Assembly: GCF_964204645.1 (NCBI RefSeq)
Contig: NC_134025.1
Span: forward strand, 2,294,001 to 2,358,000
Length of the DNA: 64,000 bases
Direction: 5' to 3'
From: Tubulanus polymorphus
Lineage: Eukaryota > Animalia > Nemertea
In this document: positions 1 through 13,963 of the stretch, piece after piece
How positions within the stretch are numbered: position 1 is the first letter of the stretch
How the letters are laid out: every line of letters starts with the position of its first letter
Program-made: the position numbers and the translations under genes
Notes under the pieces: model-generated
What the model saw: the letters and a program-made list of their open reading frames with translations, nothing else
The model's database searches: none
What the model was told of the DNA's origin: nothing

Positions 1-204
1 AGTGCGGAACCAAAACCAAATAGCTCTTGATTCTGAGGTATCTCAGCATCTCTTAGTAGTAAATTGACTAGTAGTGCGTCTAGCCGGACCAGTGGTAACA
101 GATGATTTAAAGATGTAGGGGAACGACAGCATTAATTTGGTCCATTTCAGGTTTGGGCTAGAGTAATCAGACCGATTAGTTCAAGCTCCCGGTCAAATAA
201 GAAC

Positions 205-320
205 GGGCTTAGCAGCTTCACACGTACAGAAACGGAACGGACGAATTTAGAACGGCTTCTCGCTTGTGTGAACACCTGGTCCGTTCTAAATTGAAACGAA
301 CTCATTTAAGAACGCTCTAA
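205..320. mobile_element. Short dispersed repeat, family C (second copy 6847-6930)
   Basis: TTTAGAACGGCTTCTCGCTTGTGTGAACACCTGGTCCGTTCTAAATT versus TTTAGAACAGACTTTTCACTAGTGCGAACGCTTGGTCCGTTCTAAATT; internally self-complementary. Confidence 0.55.
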
Positions 321-3126
321 ATAACGAAGGGTGGAAGCGGCTATTCACGTCAGTCTGATCTGTGAATATCTATCCCAGTATATTAGCAGTAACAGCATCT
401 AAATGAGTAACTGCTTTAAACAGACTCAATACTCAGCTTTTCATCGACTGACGTCATCCAACTTAGTTGACAACTACCTCGGCACCGCCATCTGAATACA
501 AATCATTTGTCGCTTCAATATGAGTTACTGCTGCCATCTAACTTGACATCATTGACCGCGTTTTGGTCGGCATTTACTGTCATAAGTTTCACAGTCGTTT
601 CTTTAGTCGCGATTAAAACACTTCGCTATCTGAGCGACCATTCTGCCAACGAAACTTCTAGATATACCTTGATCGCTCGCTCGTCTGCTAGGTGTGTCCC
701 TCCAACTCACTTACTAATTAATAGTTTCTAATTCAATAGAGAATGTTGTGCGAAATTGTCGGTTACGTGTCAAGCTACCCAGAATAATTATAGATAAATG
801 AAACAACTTAACTGATACTTAGAAAATATGATGAATCATTAATATTTGTTGTTTTACGAATTATCAATATTCGGGGGTGGTGTAGTGATGGGTATTCAGG
901 AGAAATTACACTATGATTATCGACCGTTCATCCATATGATAAAGTTAATGTAGTATGTTCGATTTTTCGCGTGCTTATCGACACATCTTACACCAACAAG
1001 TCTTCCTTAAACATGTATGCATAGACCACTGAATTTTTCATTTTGAAATAGGGCTGATTTTCCCTTTTATCTATTTGATTGACTGATTGATCTGATTTGA
1101 TTGGATGCTTATTCAGTATCCCATACTAACACGCCACCCCTTCCGGGAACGAAACAGTTTGATTTTGAAATTTCGGTCGGGATTTTTTGTTCACAGCATA
1201 GTTAGTTTGGGATTTTCGTTTCATCCATCCAGCCTGAATCGGCAAGCGATAGACCTATCTTTCAGCCGGGGATGTTGTTAAAGCGTTGGTTTATGGAGTT
1301 CGATACATTCGAACAAATGGATATTTTTTATCGTTTTCTGAGCACCAATTTTCGCAGTTGCCACAGATCGGCACCTGGCTCATTAATCAATTATATTACA
1401 GTTACAGTAATCATTAGGCAAATAAGTCTTAAGACGGAGAAAATTTGTTAGCGAGGTACAATGAGACAGGAATTAAAAATGTCATCAATTTAGCGCTAAT
1501 ATGACAGCTTTGAACTTGTAATTAAGTCCGTTGATGATGTTATTAGTTTTCTGATATAGCGCCATCTGAAATTCGGTATTAATAACGCAATAATAAATGA
1601 TGTTTACTGTAATAGTTGAGGACGGTTTTAGTAGTAATCACAAAAACAGCTGTACGAAACACTGCACAAATTCTGTCTCAATATTTTTCAAATTGTCGCC
1701 GAATGATATGAATTTAACGACCGATTTTATCGCAATAGCCTCGTCAAATATTCATAAAATCTAAACATTTCGTAGGATTATAGTTGATTATTCAAATAGT
1801 GAACGTTTGTGTAAAGCTTGTGAAAAAACAGGAAAGCACCGATATGAATAGATATAAATGATGCCGTAGGGTGGGATGTCCATTTCAATCTAATCTTATC
1901 TTTTATGGGGTTCGAGAACAATAATATCATCTGAAAATCGAAAAGGTTACAGAACCCGTATATGTCACGTTCAGAACGTGTGAGGAAGAAACGAACCGGT
2001 CATATTCAAATTATAATGGACGGTTATTTCTAAGTTACAAATCGTGCTACAAGTTCCAGTTACAGAGATGAACGTACATGTATTGTTTATAACGGCTATA
2101 AATCAAGTTTTATTACTGAATTTCTCAGTTTATAACAATGAGTTTGCATTAAAACGAGGCTCTTTTGTCGCAGACGATTTCCACACGGGAGCCATAAATA
2201 CGAATCGATGTCGCAGGTTCCCGGATGTTCGCAACGGAAATGTTAGCAAATTACACTTGAAACGGGCAGGAAATTTTCAAACACCGATTCTATTTATCTA
2301 ATGAAACCGATATAATTGGCGACAAGAGAAATATATGGTGGCACTGATTAGGGCTATAATTTTGGGTATTTGACAGTCGTTATGGAAAAGGTTAACGTTC
2401 AAATTGAAAAGTTGAGACGACATTAAAATGAACAGTCGAAATCGAGTGCTACTGATTGTTAGCTGTTATCTTTTATTCCACGCTAGATTATTTCCGATTT
2501 TGCAATAAACGCGAAATGAAATTATTTCCACAATCATGTGTAGGACAGAAAAAGTAAAACTTTCAATTTCTTTAATCCAGGAAACTTTTTTGAGGTACAA
2601 GACAGGTACTGCCAGATTTCTGTTGAATTTTTCCAGATGTGTCGCTTTTTTCTCGACATCGCCGCCATCGCCAGTAAGAGGACGACAACATCGGATCGAA
2701 ATAGCCGCAGGCGTGTGTGCGTCCTTTGAAGGCAAACATGATTGCGAATTACAGAAAATATTTTCTTGTGGAATACCTTAGAACCCTGATAATGACAAGC
2801 TGTTTGCGTACATCTAACAAACACAAAGTACACTATTAGACTCGATTTACTTGATTTAGCTAATTTTCCTTCCGCTAATTTTATCTTTCTCGGCCATTGG
2901 GTAGGTGCAAAATACAAATGAAAGCGAATCTTGTTGGTCACAGTGTGTCATTTTTTACTGTTAATGATGCACGAATCTCGTAGTAGCTTCGTTATCAACG
3001 GGCTTTGATTAACGACAATTTACTTTGTAACAGTACGCTAACACACACACACACGCTCAGCCATACTATAGGTCTACAAAAAAAATCCCTTAGTGCTTAT
3101 AAGAACGTAATTAACTCTATACAGCG

Positions 3127-3281
3127 AAAACCCCACAATAAGATGAAACAACTAGGGGATAATCTGACGTTTTGACTCGAGTCTATAAGCCATTTCCAAA
3201 ATCAGATTTTGCAAATGGTTCATAGATTTCAGTCGAAACGGCAGATTCTTACCTAGTTTTTTCATCTTATTGTGGATTTTT
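3127..3281. repeat. 155-bp imperfect palindrome (77-bp arms, centre 3204)
   Basis: The left arm aligns without gaps to the reverse complement of the right arm, about 63/77 identical by eye. Confidence 0.85.
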
Positions 3282-5230
3282 GTAAGTTTATTGATATCAT
3301 TCACTTGTCAATGGAAACTATGATTTACTATGTACTTTTTTGTAAGTTGCATTTTACTCTCGTAAAAAATCAATGCAGTATAGATGTATGTACGTATTAA
3401 ACGTGGGCTGTTTTTCATCTGCAATATTTTATTCTTTAGATGCGATGAAGATGAAAACATAACCAAACAGACTATTTCCAGATTCCTATCGATTGTTGGT
3501 GGTGCTATTTTCTAAAAACCGCTTTTTGTTTATTTATCTGATGTGGTGTTTATTGTTGATAAATATAGTTTTGTGTTTCTAAATCGAGTCGAAATAACAT
3601 TCACTTTTGTCTTCATAAAAATCGCGCCATCGCTGCCGGCTGTTTTAAGTATATAGACATGTTCTGATTTGTTTTAAGGCGTGATAATGGACTCTGTCTA
3701 CTGAATATGTCGTTCAACTATTTTTACGTATCTCTTTATTGTTATTGGACAAAGTCGAAATCAAGTTATATCTATCATCAATTATACTGAAAATAAAACC
3801 TACTTTAATGATTACAACGCAATTATAGATATTTATTTTCTTTTAGTGCAACCTTCTTTTAGAAGCAAATACATACCTAGACACCTCACCTATAGACACC
3901 TGGTGACATTCCGATAATGATAATCTAGAGAATTGTTTCTGTTCGAAAGGTAAAATCTTGCACAATCTGGCGATGCGTAAATCTTACATCATACTTCGAA
4001 TTCGAATGAGACGTGCTGTTATTAAATCAATCGTTTTCATCGACTTTTTTTGCTACCGAGCATTTATTCTATTATTAGTCTAACTTTGTAAAAACCATTC
4101 CGATTTACTGTACTTTTTGCATTGTGTAATGTACATGTATATATAACTTAAATGGAACAATAAACAGAAACTGGAACTAATAGGGTTGCGTAAGGACCAA
4201 ATATATCATCGTAACTGCACCAAACTTCAACCTCCTTTTTTCTAAAAGCAACGTTTTCACGTGTATCATTGTCGAAAGCACGGAATCAATCAATTCGAAG
4301 TAACCCGAACTGAATATTATCCGTTAATAAAACTAGAGACTTACCCATATGATTCTAAATCGATGTTTTTTTGTCGAATGAAATGCTTTGATGATAACTT
4401 TGTTGTCACGCAACTTTACGCGATCTTTAAGATACATGTTTTGAAATAGATCGGATGAAAGGAAACTTTGCGACTGCGCGTATCGAGTTACCGTCTCGTA
4501 TTCTCATTTCTTTTTCTTTTTGTGTCGTCGTCCGCATCTGATAAACTCAATAATATACGCAAACAATAGCCGGCTATCAGAACTCAAAATGATTCTTTTT
4601 GATTTAAATGCGACTGAATCAGACAATACAAGACGCGGGTTTGGCCTCTGATGTCTGTCGGTATAAAGAATGCAGAGTTTAATTGGAGATCAGTCTGATA
4701 ATCAACATTAAAGCCTTGACTTATCATCATCAGGTGCTAATGTAGGCTATATACATAAAATATACGTATTTCCCATTGTTTTCTCGAACCAAAAATACAT
4801 CGAGCACTTTACGAGTTTCGACCAGCAGCAGCAGCAGCAGTTCTCCGGTTTATTGAAGATCCCGCGGCGCGTGCGTCGTGCGGCCAAAAACAATCTAGAC
4901 GAAACGGTGATTAAGCGACCAATAGGTCACCGTGAAGCAGCTCATCAGTACCCGATCAACACACTTCACTGAATGGTCGGTATTGTTTTTTAGCTGCTGG
5001 GATCCCCTCGAATTCGACGACGTAGCCTCTGGTGACTGCATATCGGCATTAGACACCGGACAAAAGACTTGACGCGATGCTGAAAGTCCACTCGTTAGCT
5101 AATTTCACCACTAATCAACGCCCGACAAGCGCAACCGGGACACGTCTTTATCTTCGAGAAGTTTTTACCCGCGAGCGAATCCTGGAAGAATGACCGTCCA
5201 TCCTCAATCTATACATCGAATTAGTTTACC

Positions 5231-5568
5231 AGCGACCACACGAGGGTTTTCAACCCGGGCCAAATAATTTGACCCGTGCTAAAATTTGGGCCCGGCGTTT
5301 TTGGTTGAGCCGAATGGGTCTGTATCTGTTTGGCACTGGCCAAATATTTGGTCCTATCGAAAACGCGGGCCAGGCCCGAATATTTAGCACGGCCGTATTA
5401 TTCTTGGGATAACTGGTTCTGGAAATGACTCAACTCGTTTGCTATAGCAGCATTTTAATAGTATTTTAGTAAAGAGTGAGTGATTTACGTGTGAACGCGC
5501 TTTCTAGTTAAGCGCGGGCCAAATTTGACTGTAGTCTGATCTGGGCCAGTTTTATCGTGTGAACACCT
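5231..5568. mobile_element. Non-autonomous DNA-transposon-like element, family B (CACACG..CGTGTG termini, internal GGGCCAAAT subrepeats)
   Basis: Termini GACCACACGA / TCGTGTGAAC; homologous in inverted orientation to 27645-27898 (GAGTGAGTGATTT, CGGGCCAAATTTGACT shared). Confidence 0.65.
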
Positions 5569-6846
5569 CTCGACGCGTCTTGTATCGATAGTGTGATGAT
5601 AACTATTAATTTCGGAAACGGAAATGACTCCAATATCGATTTAAATGATTCGCGTATAAAATGATATGAGTTTTTCAGTTTTTCTAATTCGATTTATTCG
5701 ATTTTATCACATTCACCAATTTTCTATTCATTCATAAAAATCTCATATTCCTTGTGTGTCGTCTATTCTATTGTTAGATTTTATGGTCAACGGGTGGTTC
5801 GATGTTCCAAGCGCAGGTGCCTTTCCGTTTTTCCGTCTTAGATTCGGTAAAGTCCGGTGTCCGCTGTGTAGAAGGAAATGATGTTCTCATTTGGGAGCTT
5901 GTTAGTAATCGCGAGCGGAAGTGTGAATTATTTAAGACTCGTGACCTCGTCTAACTGTCCACGCGCTATTTCATGTTATTCGCGTCGCTTTTGTTACGGT
6001 GATTTTCACGTCAAGAAATACAAGACATATTCGATTTCTCGTCACTGATAGAACAAAATGATAGATGATGACATTGATAAAAGAATTAGCCGCTTGTTGT
6101 CCGCTATTTCAGAGATTCGATCTCGTATTGTCAATAGAATCTATGAGATTAAAACTAAGTTGAAAGTTGAAAAGAAAAAACGAATCCCACATTCGCAAAT
6201 TGACTAAAAAACCAAAAGGTTCATCAGAATGTATATTTCTATTTTTTAATAAATTTTTTAGTTCAGAAACAATCTGTGGGATTTTTACGATTTATTACTG
6301 CATCACAGATGGTGATTTCAAGTGATTCCTACTTTTAAAGTATTTTTTCATAAGCGAAAAATATACGGAAAATATCTATTCTGCTGATTGCGATATTGAG
6401 TGACCTTCTATATATAAGATATTTGATGTAGCCGCGAGGTTAAGATCCAATGATGAAATTTGACTCAAAAATTGGTCGGAACTGATGTTACTGTAATAAA
6501 GTTTCGATTGTGTTTGAACTGAATTAAACTACCATCAAAAGCGGCCGCATACTGTGATGTAACTGTAGATCATATTGTAATCGACTGTTAAAGACATGCG
6601 ATTAAAGACGGTGTTTTTTTACAAAGTGAACAATATCCATCGCCTAAACTGTAGACTGTCAATGTCTCTCACACGTGTTAGTGGTCTTTTGAAGATAATC
6701 ATAATTACAACGTGAATACAATGTCTTTGATTAATTGAAATGCTGTGCAGCCTGAAAATTACTAAGCTGAAAAAACGAGGAAATCTTCGAAAAATGAAAT
6801 ACACGAAAGGAAATGCAAGAACGTGGCGATGAAGCAGTCGTCCCAC

Positions 6847-6930
6847 TTTAGAACAGACTTTTCACTAGTGCGAACGCTTGGTCCGTTCTAAATTCATCTA
6901 ATCTTAGAACGGTCGTATGAACGTGGCTTA
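6847..6930. mobile_element. Short dispersed repeat, family C
   Basis: Matches 245-292; ends CGTATGAACGTGGCT, similar to the family B terminus. Confidence 0.5.
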
Positions 6931-9126
6931 CAGTCGATTAAGATGAATCGACTTGGATTGTCGAAGAGTCTTCTCATGTTTTTAGCAGTTTCTCTCAACT
7001 TTTACGTGTTTTTAACCGGGACCTCTGATATTATAAAATCAGAGCCTGATGAAGTAAGGATAACTCCGCGCAACCAGTAACAGAAAACGGTACGACGAAG
7101 CCCTTTACGTATAGTAACCCGCTGTGAGCGCGTGTCAAATTGGTAGTCGGGCTCACGTCTCTACCGAACCAAACTCGACAAACATTGTTCGTGACCGGTT
7201 TGAAACGTTGCCGGCAACTCGTGTTACAGTCGGGCAACCTAGCTTCTTACGTTCATTAAAATATTGCAAAACAATAGGAACAATACAATCTCCGCATTGG
7301 CTAAATATTGCCGTGCTTAGTTCGAAAACAATAGATAATATGGAATCGTTATTTAAAGCAATCTTAATGAGACGGGAATTAGGCGGAATCTAGTTGTTAA
7401 ATCGTGTGGCGGTCATCCGGTGTCATTACTGAAACATGTAACACCCTCGCGCGAAATATAATATTTGCCTCTCGAATTTCAATGAGACGAGTGTTCCGTT
7501 ATCATCGTCAGTTTACGCAAGACAAATGTTTTTCATACAAACTGCGCGTATCTCCTAAAGACATATTATTAACACTCAGTGCGTCAAGCTTATGAATCGT
7601 GGGTTTTCTTTGTCTCTATTGGGACAGAAACGTTAAAAAGAACAATTTTTTTTGTTACAATAATGAATACTAATTCAAATCCGTACATCGATTTTGTTTA
7701 GTTGGTGCATTGATATAACGGGTCGGATAAAAACGCTACATTGATGGAACATTGTTGATTCAAACATATGCATTAAAAAGCTTAAATTGTGATTTTCCGG
7801 GTGAAATGCTTTGATGCGAAATTCGCGTGAATTGCTGAAGCAAATATCATTCGTAATTTCATAATTGGTAATAGAATATTCTTCAACAAATTTCGGCCTT
7901 GGAAAATGTGATTAGGGAGACGCGCACTAAGTCCATGGCTACGTATCTTGGGGGAAATCTAACGATCAAATCTGATTGAAATTGACACCAAATTAATGCT
8001 AAAAAGAATCGCAGTTATACGTCTAAGTGTGAAAGCTTAATTAATATTGAGACGATTTCTTTCAAATCCGATCCCGTATATCAACCGGCCTGTGATTTAC
8101 CCGGCAACTAGTAACAATCCCCGAGAAAGCCATAATTTTCGCTAAGATTTCATTTCACGCCTCATTAGAAATTGGATGGGTGGGAATGAAGAAAAAAAAA
8201 CTGAAGCATTCGGTAAAGACTTTCTTGTGGCCGGTAGCTATGACCGATTGAGTGAAACAAGTCATGCGGAATTTAACTTCACGTATGTGTCGCAGCTAAT
8301 TTATTACTTATTCCAACCCCATCGGCTGCGGAGCACACTCTCCTTTGTCGCCTATTAAAACATAAAACATAAAATTTCCCTTTTCCAACACAGCTGATGA
8401 ATATCCACCTGAGGTAGCGTCCCACCTAATTGATGTGCAGTTTAATACGGACCTTCTATCATTTAAAACTGGACGTCGCTCCCCTGCAGATATAAATGAG
8501 CTTGTCTCAAGCCTCGCAAATTTTCCATTTCGGTCAACGTCAACCTCAGCAACCATTATTTTAGAGACAAGGGTGCTAGAAAAACATGGCGAAGCTGGCC
8601 TCATTAAACCGTTACGAGGGCCACTTCAAGTAACGGATTACCGGGCATTAACTCTCCTTACTGGCAGCTATAATCGGATTCTCTGTCGTTAGACGTAGAA
8701 AAAAGAAATTTTGAAAATTCGTATCCCAAACTCGGAAATGGGCAACGTGTGAACAATGTGACTAAGTCTTAACTATATGAAGTAATGCGTTTCCAGGAAT
8801 GATGCTTTATACCCTTTAGAAAAAGAAATATCTACTGGATCTGGGAATTCACCGGAAACCCGTGATCCGTGAAGCGAATGATACAGCACTGGTCAATGGT
8901 ATGGAATAGGAGACACTGGTTGCAAGAATCCGATTTCGTTATTCGTACTTGGCAACTAAAAATCGGGAAGTGGGCTACATTTTGAACTATGAATCCATGG
9001 CCACTTGGTTATAATGCTAGGGCATCGTCCGTAATAGATCGACTGAATAAGCTTTAGTTCCGCCAGTATGACGTCACCATAAATTGTCATAACTATGAGT
9101 TTTTAAGTCAGATTAAATGCCTTTAC

Positions 9127-9190
9127 CCGTGGCCGAACTGGTTATACGATCGCTTCCGAGACCCGGAGTCCGAGATCGAATCTTGAGGAT
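9127..9190 (+). mobile_element. Possible degenerate tRNA-derived SINE head
   Basis: A-box-like TGGCCGAACTGG and B-box-like GAGATCGAATC at tRNA-like spacing, followed by a TTTTAAC-repeat tail; no intact cloverleaf. Confidence 0.25.
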
Positions 9191-12100
9191 GATATGTTTT
9201 AGTGAAATTTTAACTTAAGTGAAATTTTAAATTTTAACTGGATGTCGCTTTTTAACTTAATTTTAACTTTTGTTAAATAACATCCATCAGTTGTAATATT
9301 TTACGAGACGTAGGATATTCGGAAATCAATTCGTCGTTAGATTAAAGATCTTAACGATCATATTTGACAAGATGATGATTGTCAACTGTAGCTATAAGTT
9401 ACTTGTAATTTCCTACATGGTAATATCAGCTTAAGGGCATCGTAATTATTTTGTGTCGTTCGGACGTGCATCTTTTTGTGTGTTAAATAGCTCAACCGGA
9501 AATGATGTACGTACGTACGCAGTAGAATCCCTCGGTATTGAGAGATTGTTTCATTGTCTCGTTTATTTCAAACATGTTTGTGTAATGGATAAATAAGGAT
9601 AATACAGTTTGAATATCATGTGTGTTGCAAAACTTCTTCTTTTTTCATTTCAATGATATCAAATGAAAAATGAATGTTGAAAGCTAGCACCAGGATCTGA
9701 GATTTTTCCTTTTTGTGTTTCTGTTTTCGACGGTTTAACAACCCCCATCATTATCGGCGTTATTTTTCTTCCGAAAATGCGAAATATCGACATCAAGGCA
9801 ATGCGCCTGGGCGTTTCATGGGCTTCTGATAGATGATTCGTCCTACTTTTTCTAAGAGAAATTGAATAATTTGGGTTCGCGATCGCCGTACATCATCAGT
9901 AATCAAAGACGAATGAATTTTTCATGACATGGTCACATGTTTTGCCTTAAGTGAATATGACGTTGTTTGTAAAAAGCTCGCTGTTTCTTTTCTTCTGTCC
10001 ACACCTGCAAACAGAAACTTCCCCGTCACGTGACCCGCTTACAGACGGCTGTTACGTGCTCGTGCAATTATCGAATAGCGCATGCGTCGCTTACACGTGA
10101 CTGGACGCGGTCGTGATGTTGCTCTGCTAATTTTTCTGCCATCGCAAAATTTCGCCCTCGCCCTTTGAAGTAAAAATAAGATTGATTATCCAAAGAGTAA
10201 AACTTCGAAAACTTTTCTAGAAAGTGAAATCACTGAAAAATGTGCATCTCAATTTCAGTATATGACGTTTTCGGCGATAGGATAGGACTCAGTCTATTAC
10301 TAGCTAGTCTATTACTGAACCTATACTAAAAGCCTTATAGAAATAATGACAAAAAGGAAAGCAAACACGCATTAGAAACCTGTTGATGATGAGATAAACC
10401 AAGCGAGCGATCAATCAGACAAGTTTCATTGTATACGCGAAATCTCTCGGCGACCATCGATTTCATCGAACAATGGTGAAAAAAATTACTCGTCGTAAAA
10501 TTTCCTGAATTTCACCAAATGATGGAAAGAAACAAAGCGCGGCTGGAAATTTGATTCCGTTGCTTAATCCATACACAAATACGGAAAGGTTTTTTTAAGT
10601 TCGATCAACGCTTTCAAAACTAAATTAATTTACCTCCCGAGTGGTTTATTGGACAGGTTCTCATTGTGCTGTCTAATATTTTCTTGTGTGTAGTATCATT
10701 TTTTTTATTACAGTGTTTTATTACTTGTTGCTTATGGGAAGAGTTATTGTTATAAAACCTGCATCTCTATGAAAAAATAGCTAGAAACCGCATTCTTTTG
10801 TTAATCCGTCTATTTTCACATGTGCGTTCGCAGACTTTATCGTGTCTGATACTGATTGTGGCGGTTAAACCCCGTATTCTGCGTATTTGATTTATTACAG
10901 GAGTCAACTCGGATCAGCAAACCGTCTTTATTCATTATAATATCGATCCTTCATTTAATAAATACAACTCAATGGTCGGAAATTATTTTGTAAATAATGA
11001 TAAAATCCTCTCGCGGCGCAATTTTGATTAATTATCTCGGCGGATTTATCGTGGATAATACGAGAAAGGATTTAAGGGATTTATCCATAATAGAAACCAT
11101 TGATGCATCGAAGCTTTATATATCGCTTTATGGAGCTTATCTTCGTATTCTATATCGACGCTGGAAACAATTAATTGAATTTTCGAAACATCCTTTGATC
11201 TTGAAGAAGAAAAAATATTATTCACAACAGTTACAAAGGTTCGCATCATAATGGCGGTGTTGTTTGAAAAGTCGTCCACGTCTTCTTCGAAATAACGCTG
11301 TCCGTTCCGGGAGAATAGCAACATGTGTAACGTGTGCTTTAACGGTGTACAGTGGCCGAAAATGTCAAAAAATGAAAAATGGCGTCTGTCAATTCGAACT
11401 CGTCGGCTCATGTCATAAAACTACGGATGATTAATGTCATCAAAAACGTTTCATTGTCAACGGCACCTATCAATTCTAGATGTATCTCGTTTTACGGACA
11501 AATCATTTGATTTTAATCGTGATGCGAATAGACAAACGGGTGTAAGCGACAAAAAGTATAAAAGATGATTTCCGAGAACGGCATAATAGCGACGAAAATC
11601 GACCCGATGCCGTAACACTGTTTATCAGCTAAATTACGATTGTTTTAAATTCATAACCCGCATTCAGTTTTTGACACAGGATGTAAGATGTGGAGGTTAT
11701 TGTTAGTATAGAGACGGGCTGAATTAATGAGATTCTGTCTGACGATACACTGTTTCATAAATAAATATAACTAATATTCAAATATTCACGCGTAAACCAA
11801 TTTATAATCGTATAGGTGTAAAACTGATACTAAATATTTCTATACATCGCTAACTTAATGTGCACTACAAGTCATCAATGCTGAGGCTAGACTGGTTGCC
11901 GGTCAATTCAATGCAATTGTGGATACACTCCGATTCAAAATCACTTCAATTATCCTTATAAGATCATATCATTCATATTATATCGTTCATTGTCGACAAA
12001 AGTAAGCAATATATGTGTCATTTTTCAAGACGTTAATAAACTTAAAAGTTGGTTAACTTTTAATACATTAGATGTGCTGAATGTAATGCGACTTGTCGCT

Positions 12101-13963
12101 ATATTTTGCGGTCGTTTCAGTTGCTAATTTCATGTTTGATTCAGTTGGCCAAGTCGTTTCGGCGTCACGGATACACGGGTTTCTCTTTTCTCCCCTAAAG
12201 CCACTCGTCGTATCAGGTGATCTTTAAAACATAATTAAATCCAGATTCTTGCCATCTCCGCAATTCGAACCGTAATTAGCGGAAGCTGGAAGCAAATTGG
12301 CAACAACAGAGTGGTCGGATGTAAAATAAACTGACGGAAATCAAAACTGGTTGATAATAAAATATCCTGTCCTCGACTGTATTGTCTTACCGACTGATTA
12401 TTTCTCCATCAGATAACACAAAAAGCCTCTAGTACCGGATAAAAAAACCATTCTCAAACACGCACGAAAAAAGCGTCGTGTATTATTTGTCTTAAGTTTA
12501 AAAAGAGGATAATATGTGAAGAGGAGAAGATCCCGAAAACCTTCGTGTTAATAAACTGTTTTATATTCACTAGAAAATGAAATTGATATCGTAATCACTT
12601 TTATGGATTTTCGGTTACCTTATTTATCTACGTAAGAAGATAACATTTGTGGTAACAAAGTTCTCTTCATTTTGAAAATAGAATTTTCATATGTAAAAGG
12701 AGTAAGTTTCATCGTCACGTACGTCAAATTGGTCTAGACATTTTTACTTGTACTAGATATATAAGTACGTATATTGCAATTAACCAACAAAAAACCATCA
12801 AGAGCTGTCCTGTAATAGTATATTAACGTCGCTATATATGTTTGTGAACATTTCGCTGTAGTAATCATGCCTTGTTGTGGCCTCTATACTGAATAGTTGT
12901 CGTCAAGTCATTCTTTTGTTGCTTTCGAAGTTATTTGTATAAATCACTGTTGCACAATAGGTAATTAACTGCGAGAATAATAACCACGTGTAATTACAGA
13001 GATGAATAATCACGTGAAATCAACGGCTGATATGTATAATTACTCACATAATTAACTAGTACTGCTAGTTACACAGTAATTGTATTTTGCAGTTTTTTTC
13101 GCGTATGGAATTCGTACTTTTTTAACACTCTCTGTGGATACCATCACGTATCCGTAATACAACGAAAAACCAATGACAGGCTAGGATCATGGACACATTA
13201 TTCGGGGTCCAAACGCCGCTGAGATTGTCCTTTGCCAACGCATCATTAGTACCTGCAAATATTGCATATTTTCGAATGTATTTTTTCATATATCTCTACC
13301 ACCGAGGGGAACCCCACTTGTGGTCTTCGAGGAGGCTGCCTTCTCTTCTACTGGACCCCTGTGTTCCAATTTCCCTAGATCCACCCTTGTCAATGACTAT
13401 AACAAGCCCCGTATTGGTCAACAGATTATTCGTTGTTTAACTATGAATTATTTCTATTGAGTTGTTTCACCTTAGTTCATTCATGGACGTTCCATAAAAA
13501 TAACAAAAGTTTCAGAAATTTGAGACGCGAACTAAAACTGCGCCCACGATTCAATAAATAGCTTTGACCGGCTACATATGTTCGAATGCAATTATTTTAC
13601 AATTCTTTCTAATGAAATACTTAACAATGAGACACGGGTGGTTATTTGCCATTTCGTTATCTATGATAAACGATATTTCTGGTGCTCGTAAAGTCGTCGA
13701 GTTTAATCCCTGTCTTATGACGCGTGACACACAGGTGGCTTTTGTCATCGGAACACCTTTTCGTCGTTGCTGACGAGCATTCGCAAATTTTACTCAATTG
13801 CTCGCTACGCGTCCACACCCCTCCCTGGCACTAGCCGTAAGCGTTTATTCTTTGTCTTTGACTCATTTTTGAAGCACTAGATATCGATAAAGATTTTCGT
13901 ATTTGCGAATGCTATAAGCGGAGTGCCGATAAACTCATGTCAGTACAGTGTCTGCCTCCCCGA

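Noticed and set aside
2466-2941. Overlapping 81-135 aa ORFs
   Set aside because: No domain similarity and non-ATG or weak starts; cannot be supported without transcript data.
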